A DNA stretch of 64,000 bases. Origin: a bacterium. GTDB lineage: Bacteria; UBA8248. Location of the stretch: NCBI GenBank assembly GCA_963692865.2, contig OY843592.1:2560001-2624000 (forward strand), given 5' to 3'. The notes below the pieces were generated by a model. That model saw only the letters and a program-made list of their open reading frames with translations. It was not told where the DNA came from and made no database searches. Position numbers and translations under genes: made by a program. Every line of letters starts with the position of its first letter. Position 1 is the first letter of the stretch. This document shows, piece by piece, positions 21,839 through 30,728 of this stretch.

Positions 21839-23971
21839 TCACCCATGGGCTTCCATCAATTTTTTGACCAATGCGACATTATGTCGATGACCACTCCTCT
21901 CAGCGGTCACTCTCCCTCGAATAGGACGACCGATTAAATACAGATCTCCTATCACGTCAAGAATTTTATGCCGAACGAACTCATTGGGAAATCGCAATTG
22001 GGTATTCACGACACGCGTCTTGTCTACCAGAATCACGTTATCCCAACGGCCACCCTCGGCCAAGCCCATTTTCTCGAGCGATTCCAATTCAGAGACAAAA
22101 CCAAATGTACGGGCCGGTGCGATTTCTTCTTGAAAACCCAAAGCATTCTTGTGTTCATAAAGATAGGCTTGCTTCCCAATCGGCTTGGGATAATCAATGA
22201 GATATGAAACCGAAAAAGAATCCGCAGGCTCTATGCGGATATAACCCTTCTCGTCGCCCGGCTCACCTACTTCGTAAACCTTATCAACCCACAAGTCTTC
22301 GCGTTTTTCTTTTTGATCCTCAATACCCGCTTCTTCAAGCAAGCGACAAAACTCGAGCGCCGATCCATCCATGACGGGCACTTCCTCGCTTATTTTAATG
22401 AGTATATTGCTTATCTTGTATGCGTGCAGCGCGCTCATGAGGTGCTCTATCGTTCGAGCCGTCACCGCTCCATTGCGCAAGTTCGTCGCATGGTTGGTGC
22501 CATCCACGAAATCAGCGTTCGCCCTCACGGTATCGGGGCTCGTCAGGTTGCCGAACTGAATCCCGCTCCCCGGCGGCAAGGGGTCAATGATCAATCCGGT
22601 TTTCAACCCGGAATGAAGCCCCCGGCCATACAACACGACGCTCTTCGAAATACTTCTTTGATTTGTTTTCCCGAGTGGCGACGACGGCGGCGATGCTGGC
22701 TCTATCTTGTATGCTCGAATCTTTCGCCTTAAGGCGGGCACCTTCATGCCCACCCCCCGGGCGGTTTTGCCGATGTCCCAACCGTGCTCCTCCAGGTGGA
22801 AGGAAAGATATTGTCTCTCCCACTGGGTTCTGGCCGCATTAAAATTCGAAGATGCGTCGTTCGTCGATTCGTCCGCCTCGAAATCAGAAACTTCGCGGAT
22901 CGCATGCGGCAAGTGGCCGATGCGAATCTCCGAGCCTTGCGATGTATGTGCCGCGGTGGTCACCGCGCTTTTCAGTTCGGCGATATTGCCCGGCCAATCG
23001 TAGTCTTCCAGAAGCGCGATGACATCTTCGGAGAATTCCTTCTCGTCCCCGCCAAATTCAGCGCATTCATCCAAGAATCTGTTGGCCAAAGGCAAGATGT
23101 CCTCTTTCCGCTCACGCAGAGGGGGCAAATGTATTACATCAGCGCCTATTTTTGTGGACAAAGCTCGCACGTAGGCCTTGTCTTTCGAGGTTCCCATATG
23201 ATCAACGGATGCCATCAGGCGCATCGAGCCCTTTGTATGCGCCAAGAATCGAGCGAGAAATTCCTGACCCTCCACTATGGGCAACTGCTCCAACCCGTCA
23301 AGATATAGCGTCCCCTGAAAGGTAGAGGGCGCCAGCCGATCCAGCGCCTCTTCCCATTCGTTTTTCCCCGATACCGGAAACAGCGAACGGCAATGAACAG
23401 GCCTAAGGTCTTCTTCTTTTCCAGCGCCGTTCTTGTGAATCACCTTTGCGATAAAACGTTTGCCGGTTCCTCTTTCACCCGCAATCAGCAAGGGGCCGAT
23501 ATCTTCCGCCGCATTCCTGACAGCTCTTCGAACCCTTTTAATGCTCTTGCTGGCGCCGTCAAGCATCACGTCGACGATATCATTCGCACTGAGTTCTTTG
23601 GCCCCTCGCGCTTGAACGGCGGCGTCGACTATGCGCAAAACGGTATCAATGGACAGGGGTTTTTCAATAAAATTGAAGGCGCCTAACTTTGTTGCGGCCA
23701 CTGCGGTTTCAATGTTGCCGTGGCCCGACATCAAGACGACCTCGATATCCGCGTTGGACTCTTTCACTGCCTGCAAAGTCTTGATCCCGTCAATGCCCGG
23801 CATCCAAACATCAACCAAAACCACATCCGGAGCTTCGGTCCGAACCAACTGAAGGGCAGTTTCTCCGGAATCGGCCTGTTCTACGCGATACCCCTCATCG
23901 CGCAAGACATCCTCCAGGCTTGCGAGTATTTCGCGCTCATCATCGACGATGAGAACATGTCCCTTATCCAA
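21839..23971 (-). CDS. lpxC: Fusion: NtrX-like response regulator (REC, degenerate AAA+, HTH) plus UDP-3-O-acyl-GlcNAc deacetylase LpxC
   Basis: N-terminal REC (VDDE, DVWMPGIDG, SGHG, EKP), GERGTGK, WPGNIAEL and Fis-like HTH. From about 22660: QRSI..GRGLHSG, TIEHLMSAL, EVPVMDGSA, APARTFGF, RHKILDVIGD, SGH. Confidence 0.93.
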   Translation of the reverse strand: MDKGHVLIVDDEREILASLEDVLRDEGYRVEQADSGETALQLVRTEAPDVVLVDVWMPGIDGIKTLQAVKESNADIEVVLMSGHGNIETAVAATKLGAFNFIEKPLSIDTVLRIVDAAVQARGAKELSANDIVDVMLDGASKSIKRVRRAVRNAAEDIGPLLIAGERGTGKRFIAKVIHKNGAGKEEDLRPVHCRSLFPVSGKNEWEEALDRLAPSTFQGTLYLDGLEQLPIVEGQEFLARFLAHTKGSMRLMASVDHMGTSKDKAYVRALSTKIGADVIHLPPLRERKEDILPLANRFLDECAEFGGDEKEFSEDVIALLEDYDWPGNIAELKSAVTTAAHTSQGSEIRIGHLPHAIREVSDFEADESTNDASSNFNAARTQWERQYLSFHLEEHGWDIGKTARGVGMKVPALRRKIRAYKIEPASPPSSPLGKTNQRSISKSVVLYGRGLHSGLKTGLIIDPLPPGSGIQFGNLTSPDTVRANADFVDGTNHATNLRNGAVTARTIEHLMSALHAYKISNILIKISEEVPVMDGSALEFCRLLEEAGIEDQKEKREDLWVDKVYEVGEPGDEKGYIRIEPADSFSVSYLIDYPKPIGKQAYLYEHKNALGFQEEIAPARTFGFVSELESLEKMGLAEGGRWDNVILVDKTRVVNTQLRFPNEFVRHKILDVIGDLYLIGRPIRGRVTAERSGHRHNVALVKKLMEAHG

Positions 23972-26228
23972 TGGAAGCCGCCCTTTGCTTTTCAGGCGTT
24001 ATGTCCACAGCAGGCGTCAGTGGCAACGTAACGCGAAAAACGGAACCCGCCGGATGGTTGTCCCGCACGCTAATCGTTCCATTGTGATCGGCCACAATGC
24101 GGTGGCATATAGCCAAACCCAAGCCGGAGCCTCTATCTTTCGTGGAAAAATATGGCGAGAATATATGGCCTTTCATATTTTCCGATATCCCCTGCCCCTG
24201 GTCGACAACTTCAACAACTATCATGTTTCTGTCCTTATCACTCCATGCCTGCAAATCTACCCTGCCCTCGACCTCGTGGGATTCGAATGCGTTTTCCAGC
24301 AAATTGATGAACACGCGTTGCAACTGCTCGGAGTCCGCCATGACAGATGCGTTCCCGACATCGATATGAATGGAAAATTTCACATTCCCCTTCCTGCCGC
24401 GATATAAATTCGCGACATCCTCGATGAGGGGAACAAACCCGCAAAGTCTTAATCTCGGCTCCGGCATTCGCGCAAAGCGGCTGAATTCATTCACCATTTC
24501 AATCAGACTCGTCACCTGATTGATAATGGTATCCGTACAAGATTCAAATACTTCTACGAAGTCATAGGCTTCGCTTTCAAATTTTCTTTTCATTCTCTCG
24601 ACGGAGAGCTGGATCGGGGTAAGCGGATTTTTGATCTCATGCGCAATGCCACGAGCCACTTCCTGCCACGCGGCCACTTTTTGGGCCCGTATCAGGGCCG
24701 TCATGTCATCAAACACAATGACGGCTCCGATTCTGCCGCCATCCGCGCTATTGAGCAAAGTCAAGCTGGCGCGCAACGTCAACACCCGGCCATCAATCAT
24801 GATCTCTACCTGCTCCGAAGCGCTTTGATGTTTTTGGCCCCTCATGGAACGCATCAACTGGCGAACAGGTTCAAGATGCGCACTTTCGAAAACCTCGCTG
24901 AACATTCGTCCCACGGCATGCTGAGGTTCGATTCCCAACAATTCCCCAGCCGCTTTATTGAGGGTAGTAACACGCCCTCGGCGATTGATTGATATCACAC
25001 CGGCTGCGATATTTTCGAGCATCGCTTCCATATATCGGCGCCTGCTGTCGATTTCCAAGTTGGAGCGCCGCAGGATTTCAGAGGATTCTTCGATTTTCTC
25101 CTTATTTGCCAACAATTCCTCCGTCATGCCGTTGAATGCGTTGACCAAAAGCCCCACTTCGCCATCCGCTTGCGCATCTACGCGATGTTCGAGGTCGCCG
25201 CCCGACACCGCTCTTGTGGCTTGCGCTAATTTTTCGATGGGAACCGTGATCCCGCGAGCGAGGTAGAAGCCAAACCAGATGGCGGCAAACAGAATGAGCA
25301 AGGTGACCACGAGAAAAGTGATAATGTAGTTCGCTTTGATTGGATTCTTGGATTGCTCCAACTCTTTATAATTCACGAAAGAATCCGATATGCTCCTTAT
25401 CTTCTCAACAAGCCTATCCGACAGATATTTGGATATAACAACAAATCCCACCACTTTTTTTTGAACCTTCAAAGGCGCCACGCCATAGATGACGTCGCCT
25501 TTTTCCCAATTTTCCACACTTGATCGCGACTCCCCGTCAATTACCTGATCCACGTATCCCACCAATGGCGAGAACGTTGTGGCCCGCTCCAACCCCGGAC
25601 GCCTGAGCGACATGATCTCCTTCCGCTCTTTATCGTAGAGTTGGATAAAATCGACCCCCAAGCTCTTTCTCTCAGCCGCCAGCGTTTTTTCAATCGCCTT
25701 GTGGTTTTCCATGATGTCGGGGTGCGTCTTCTCCAACACAGACGCAAGACGACTCGCGCTGAACAGCGCGTTTCGCTCCACTTCGCGGTAATACGTTTGA
25801 GCTACTTCGAACGAGCCCTTGAGCGCGCTCTCCACATTCATGTTGAACAAGGCGTTGAAACTCTGGTTAATCAAGCCGCTGGCCACTATAAAAAGAGCCA
25901 TTACGGGAATGAGCGCAAACCCGACAAAAGCCAACACGAGTTTTAGTTGCAATCGTGAGCGACCGGCGCCCGTTCTCCCTTCGTAGTAAAGACGCACCAG
26001 ATTCTTCGCTATCAAGAGAATAACCACCAGGAGCAGAATGATACTCAGATTCACGAGCGCAAATACGACGACGTTGTTGAGCAGAGGGACTCCCGGCTCG
26101 AGTTCTTTGAAATAAATCCAAGCCGTGAACGAAAGGGTCGCAATTACGATCGAAGCGATGAAGAGGCGCAGAAGCGTTCTTCGCCGGCGCGAGGAGATTT
26201 CTTGATTGTTCAGTCGTTTTGAATACAC
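23964..26228 (-). CDS. ntrY: NtrY-type PAS/HAMP sensor histidine kinase
   Basis: Several TMs, periplasmic domain, HAMP, PAS, H-box AWQEVARGIAHEIKNPLTPIQL, NLLENA, DQGQG, GSGLGL. Confidence 0.9.
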   Translation of the reverse strand: MYSKRLNNQEISSRRRRTLLRLFIASIVIATLSFTAWIYFKELEPGVPLLNNVVVFALVNLSIILLLVVILLIAKNLVRLYYEGRTGAGRSRLQLKLVLAFVGFALIPVMALFIVASGLINQSFNALFNMNVESALKGSFEVAQTYYREVERNALFSASRLASVLEKTHPDIMENHKAIEKTLAAERKSLGVDFIQLYDKERKEIMSLRRPGLERATTFSPLVGYVDQVIDGESRSSVENWEKGDVIYGVAPLKVQKKVVGFVVISKYLSDRLVEKIRSISDSFVNYKELEQSKNPIKANYIITFLVVTLLILFAAIWFGFYLARGITVPIEKLAQATRAVSGGDLEHRVDAQADGEVGLLVNAFNGMTEELLANKEKIEESSEILRRSNLEIDSRRRYMEAMLENIAAGVISINRRGRVTTLNKAAGELLGIEPQHAVGRMFSEVFESAHLEPVRQLMRSMRGQKHQSASEQVEIMIDGRVLTLRASLTLLNSADGGRIGAVIVFDDMTALIRAQKVAAWQEVARGIAHEIKNPLTPIQLSVERMKRKFESEAYDFVEVFESCTDTIINQVTSLIEMVNEFSRFARMPEPRLRLCGFVPLIEDVANLYRGRKGNVKFSIHIDVGNASVMADSEQLQRVFINLLENAFESHEVEGRVDLQAWSDKDRNMIVVEVVDQGQGISENMKGHIFSPYFSTKDRGSGLGLAICHRIVADHNGTISVRDNHPAGSVFRVTLPLTPAVDITPEKQRAASIG

Positions 26229-26231
26229 AAC

Positions 26232-26837
26232 TCACATTCCTTGAAAGCCAAATGTCCGCGAATAACTCCAATCAGACTTCTTCCCCCAAAAAGCGAGTAA
26301 GTAATTAAAAGGAAAAACAAAATCTACATAATTCAACCGCGCTCTGATTTTGACATAATATCGATTATTGGGAGGCAATGCTTCACCAGAGAGAATGGGC
26401 GCGCCATTCAACTCGCGCATCCAGTCCATCATTTTGCCTTGGCTTTTTGTCACTTTTTTCTCAATGTCTTTTGCACCCTCTTTAAGATGAAAAGTATATG
26501 TTTTTTTCAACGCGCTATATTTCACCTGATGATGCAATTGTCGCGAAGAGACTTCCAAATCGTGGATCAGCTTTCGAGAGCGCAGGAGACTTACATCAAA
26601 AATAAACTTTGTGGGCACGCCGCTATGGATGGCTTCCAGCAGTTTTGGCGAAAATACGCCCAAAAGAGAACCAAAAACGAGCAACTCTCCATTTTTCTGA
26701 ACAACGATGATATCTTTTATTCGAATTCCACCTTGGTCATCCGTTGCGGAAAGCGCTGGATCCACCAGAGCAAAGAGCGCACAGATGGTAAGGGCGAACA
26801 TTCCCACAACAAATGTTTTCCGGGTTTCGGGCAACAT
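26232..26837 (-). CDS. DUF4390-like exported protein
   Basis: Signal peptide, EAIHSGVP..F..., YYVKIRA, SDW C-terminus; sits directly before ntrY as is typical for this family. Confidence 0.7.
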   Translation of the reverse strand: MLPETRKTFVVGMFALTICALFALVDPALSATDDQGGIRIKDIIVVQKNGELLVFGSLLGVFSPKLLEAIHSGVPTKFIFDVSLLRSRKLIHDLEVSSRQLHHQVKYSALKKTYTFHLKEGAKDIEKKVTKSQGKMMDWMRELNGAPILSGEALPPNNRYYVKIRARLNYVDFVFPFNYLLAFWGKKSDWSYSRTFGFQGM

Positions 26838-26969
26838 ATGCTCCCCTTGACCTTTAAGTCGAATGCTATCGCATAAGCGCAAAGCTCTCAATCCCGTGTT
26901 TCGTTTCTCTGTCCTCAAGGCTTCGTCAAACGCATCCAGATTGCGCACCGCGCTCTACATCCATTTTTC

Positions 26970-29651
26970 TCACCTCTCACCATTCTTCATCATCCTCCGG
27001 ATTTCATACAGAGCTTCGAGAGCTTGACGAGGCGTCATGGAATCTGGCTCAAGACCTTTCAATACCTCTTCAATCTGCGATTCCGCGCGTGCGAACAAGG
27101 GTAGTTGTCCATTTTCACGGCGATTTTCCAAAAAAGATTTTTCCTCGCCGGAATGGGACATGGCTTCCGCGTTCTCGAACTTAGAGAGCAGAATCTTCGC
27201 TCTGTCGATAACTTTTTCTGGGAGCCCCGCCAACCTGCCTACCTGAATGCCGTAGCTTCTATCGCAACTCCCATCGGTTACTTTTCTTAAAAAAACGATT
27301 TCATCACCCCATTCTCGAACTTCGACCGTTAAGTTTTTTACACAATCAAGCTCTTTCGAGAGTTCGGCCAACTCATGATAATGGGTCGCGAACAAGGTCC
27401 TCGCCCTGTGACGGACCTCATTGTGAAGATACTCTACAACCGACCAGGCGATGCTCACTCCGTCGTAAGTGCTCGTGCCGCGACCGACTTCGTCCAGCAC
27501 GATGAAACTCCTCTGTGTCGCCTCCCTCAATATGGTGGCGGTCTCCACCATCTCCACCATGAAGGTGCTTTGGCCCTCCAAAAGCCGGTCATGCGCGCCG
27601 ACGCGAGTAAACACCCTATCGACCAAACCGATTTTCGCGCTCTTGGCGGGTACGAAGCCGCCGATTTGAGCCATCAGAACGATGAGTGCAGACTGACGCA
27701 GATAAGTGGACTTTCCGGCCATATTCGGCCCTGTAATGATGAGTATTCGACGATCGTCGCGAATCGACAAATCATTCGGCACGAAAGACAGGCCGGGATT
27801 CTCCGCTTCCATTACAGGATGTCTGCCCTCGATGATTTCAAGATTCGTTGAATCCATAATTTGGGGTCTGACGTATCCATGTTTGCGTGCAACGAGCGCC
27901 AATGACAAAACGGCATCAAGAAGCGCTATCCTCTCCGCTGTAGCGAGTATACGCTGGGCCTGTTTCGATATTTGCGCTCTTAAGCGCCCAAAAAGCATGA
28001 ACTCGAGATGCCGGGTTTTCTCCTCTGCGCCGAGGATGTCCTCTTCCATCTTTTTTAACTCGGCAGTGATGTAACGCTCCGCAGAAACGAGGGTCTGCTT
28101 GCGCGTGTATTCCATCGGCGCCTGTTCGCTGAAGCGTTTGGCTATTTCGAGATAATATCCAAAAACACGGTTAAACCCGATTTTCAACGGCAGCCCCGTT
28201 CGTTGTCTTTCCTGGTTTTCGTAATCCTTCAGCCATGTATCGCCCTCCTGCTGCGCTCTTCTCAATCGAGCGAGTTCCTGGTCATAATCAGCACGGAAAA
28301 TTCCACCTTCTCGGATCGAAGCGGGCGGGTCATCCACAATCGCGCTTTTGAGTTCCAGCGCTACCTCCTCAAGAGAATCCCACCCCGATAAGACGGAGCG
28401 AAACAACTCGGAACCCGCCTCCCGTAACGCTCCACAAACCTCCGGCAACTGGGCCAAAGACGCGCCGAGCCCCGCCATATCCCGGGCATTCGCCGTTTGA
28501 GAACCCACACGACCCAAGAGCCGCTCGATGTCTTGAATGGGTTCCAGGGCGTTTCTGAGCATATTCAGGAACTCGGGGTTGTCCACGAGTTCCTGTACGG
28601 ATTCGGCGCGGTAATCAATGGATTTTTTTTCAATCAAAGGCGAAAGCACCCATTTTTTCAGCAGCCGCCCTCCCATTCCCGTCACGGTCTCATCCAGCAA
28701 GCCAAGCAAAGTCCCCTTTTTGCCACGATCCACGGCCGACCGGGTGAGTTCTAAATTTCGCAATGTGGCCGCATCGAGGAGCATGGTGTCCGAGAGTCGG
28801 GAGAAAAACACTGGTTTGATATGGGGAAAATCACCAGGCAGGTTTTCTTTGAGATACGTCAAGACACTTACCGCGGAATCCACCGCTGCCGGATTCGCTA
28901 GAACATTCGCTTCATCCGGAAAGACGGAGGCCAGGTTTTTGAAATCAGGCGGTTCGTTAAAAGTGGAGGCCGGTCTTTTTTCGACATGAATGCGCAGTTC
29001 CTCAATTTTGTTTTTCAACTCATCGGTCGGAGAAAATGCGTCGGGCAAGATGAGTTCACGAGGAGAGAGCCTCTCCAATTGGTTGCAAATAAGCGTCTCG
29101 GCGGCATCGTCTTCCGCCTGGGTCGCACAAAATTCACCGGTCGAACTATCGAGCCATGCCATCCCCCAAAGCGTTTTTCCTTCTCTTGCCGATACGGTGA
29201 GCCCCGCCAAATATTGAGATTCCTTGCTATCCAGCAACTCGAGGTCGGCAATCGAGGTTCCCGGAGTAAGGACGCGAGTCACCTCGCGCTTCACTACTCC
29301 CCTACTTTCTCCCGCATCTTCCACCTGTTCGCATATGGCGACTTTATAGCCTGCTTCCAGTAATCGCCCACAATAAGAGGATGCCGAATGGCAGGGTACG
29401 CCACACATCGGGATGGGCCCCTTGTCATCACTCTGGCGCGACGTCAACGTGAGTTCCAGGACTTTGGCCCCCAGTTCCGCATCTTCATAGAACATCTCGA
29501 AAAAATCACCCAGCTGAAAAAAAAGCATCGCGTCTGGATAGCGTCTTTTCGTTTCCAGGTATTGGCGCATCGCGGGAGATGGGCCACGACTCTTCTTGTC
29601 CGGCCTGGTTTTTTCTTTTTGGGGTTGCAGAGCGCCTTTGGGGAAAGACAT
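26970..29651 (-). CDS. mutS: DNA mismatch repair protein MutS
   Basis: GDFFEMF, TGPNMAGKST, STFMVEM, DEVGRGTS, ATHYHEL. Confidence 0.98.
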   Translation of the reverse strand: MSFPKGALQPQKEKTRPDKKSRGPSPAMRQYLETKRRYPDAMLFFQLGDFFEMFYEDAELGAKVLELTLTSRQSDDKGPIPMCGVPCHSASSYCGRLLEAGYKVAICEQVEDAGESRGVVKREVTRVLTPGTSIADLELLDSKESQYLAGLTVSAREGKTLWGMAWLDSSTGEFCATQAEDDAAETLICNQLERLSPRELILPDAFSPTDELKNKIEELRIHVEKRPASTFNEPPDFKNLASVFPDEANVLANPAAVDSAVSVLTYLKENLPGDFPHIKPVFFSRLSDTMLLDAATLRNLELTRSAVDRGKKGTLLGLLDETVTGMGGRLLKKWVLSPLIEKKSIDYRAESVQELVDNPEFLNMLRNALEPIQDIERLLGRVGSQTANARDMAGLGASLAQLPEVCGALREAGSELFRSVLSGWDSLEEVALELKSAIVDDPPASIREGGIFRADYDQELARLRRAQQEGDTWLKDYENQERQRTGLPLKIGFNRVFGYYLEIAKRFSEQAPMEYTRKQTLVSAERYITAELKKMEEDILGAEEKTRHLEFMLFGRLRAQISKQAQRILATAERIALLDAVLSLALVARKHGYVRPQIMDSTNLEIIEGRHPVMEAENPGLSFVPNDLSIRDDRRILIITGPNMAGKSTYLRQSALIVLMAQIGGFVPAKSAKIGLVDRVFTRVGAHDRLLEGQSTFMVEMVETATILREATQRSFIVLDEVGRGTSTYDGVSIAWSVVEYLHNEVRHRARTLFATHYHELAELSKELDCVKNLTVEVREWGDEIVFLRKVTDGSCDRSYGIQVGRLAGLPEKVIDRAKILLSKFENAEAMSHSGEEKSFLENRRENGQLPLFARAESQIEEVLKGLEPDSMTPRQALEALYEIRRMMKNGER

Positions 29652-29653
29652 GC

Positions 29654-30052
29654 CTACTCCGCCTTCGATTCGCGGGGCGAGAGGCTCGCCTGAGATTTGG
29701 AATCAGTTTTCGATGTACGTTCATCAAGTGCGGTTGCGGATTCGTCAGCTTCTGGATTTCCCATCGCAAGGAGTCTGCCGCTTTTATCACCCGCCTTATC
29801 CAGATTGCTCTCCAACGCCTTTACCTCGCGTTTCAATTTTCCGATTTGGTTCCTGAACCTCAACCTGTCCAATACCCCGCCAAACCATGCCGCGATGAAT
29901 CCGAACGCAAACACGGCCAACAGCACATAAAAAAGAGGCAGGCTGATGCTGCCTTGATAATAGGCGACAGTGACCGGTTCCATGTTGATGACACCAAAAC
30001 TCGTAATCACCAACGCCAGAATCAAACCGATGATGAGTCGAAGACTACCCAT
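29654..30052 (-). CDS. lapA: LapA-domain inner-membrane protein
   Basis: TM-N-x2-V-x-V...LPL-TM followed by a coiled coil; ATG 30052 with GGTG SD. Confidence 0.75.
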   Translation of the reverse strand: MGSLRLIIGLILALVITSFGVINMEPVTVAYYQGSISLPLFYVLLAVFAFGFIAAWFGGVLDRLRFRNQIGKLKREVKALESNLDKAGDKSGRLLAMGNPEADESATALDERTSKTDSKSQASLSPRESKAE

Positions 30053-30059
30053 ATCACCA

Positions 30060-30240
30060 CCAAATCCAAAGGGTTCTGAGGTTTCAAAATCAGGGCGGAA
30101 TTGATTGCGGATCGTCTCTAAATTATCGGGAATCACCCGCACGCCGCCGGGAGCGGCATAAGATTCTGCTCCATCCTCCCAACGCGGAACGATGTGCACG
30201 TGCGAATGGCCGGTAATTCCTGCGCGGTGGCGTCCACGAT
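30060..30240 (-). pseudogene. C-terminal remnant of a HIT-family hydrolase
   Basis: AGITGHSHVHIVPRW...RVIPDNL matches the HxHxH triad end of HIT proteins. There is no room for the N-terminal ~100 aa before the ybeY stop at 30249. Confidence 0.7.
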
Positions 30241-30248
30241 GTTTCCAC

Positions 30249-30728
30249 TCAAGAATTCTCCGGCTTGCGTCTAGACAGCCATCCCCCGTCAAGCAGACAG
30301 GCGATTCTTTGTTCTTCCTCATTCATGCGCGCGGATTCCGCCTTCGTGTAATGATCATACCCCTTGAGGTGTAAAAGGCCATGCACGAGCAGCCGCTCCG
30401 CCAAGACTCCATAATCAACCGCCTCGGCCTCCGCCTGGCGGAGCACCTCATCCACGCAGATGACCAATTCTCCCCCAAAAGCCTTCCCCTCCCCTTGCTC
30501 GTCCACAGGCGGAAAAGAATCCGCCGGCGGAAAAGCCAACACATCCGTTGTTTCGTCTTCCTCCCGATATCGGGAATTCAACGCGCGCATCTGCTCGTCT
30601 CGAATGAATACGACGCTGAACCAGTCATCTTCGGACCGGAGAGCTTTCCGTATGACGTCCAAATGTTGCCTCAGCGCTTTGTGATCCAGCGCGAACAGCT
30701 TTTGATCGTTTTTGATGAGGACTTCCAT
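30249..30728 (-). CDS. ybeY: rRNA maturation endoribonuclease YbeY
   Basis: LNSRYR, TDVLAFP, HGLLHLKGYDH; start MEVLIKN with AAGGAG SD. Confidence 0.95.
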   Translation of the reverse strand: MEVLIKNDQKLFALDHKALRQHLDVIRKALRSEDDWFSVVFIRDEQMRALNSRYREEDETTDVLAFPPADSFPPVDEQGEGKAFGGELVICVDEVLRQAEAEAVDYGVLAERLLVHGLLHLKGYDHYTKAESARMNEEEQRIACLLDGGWLSRRKPENS

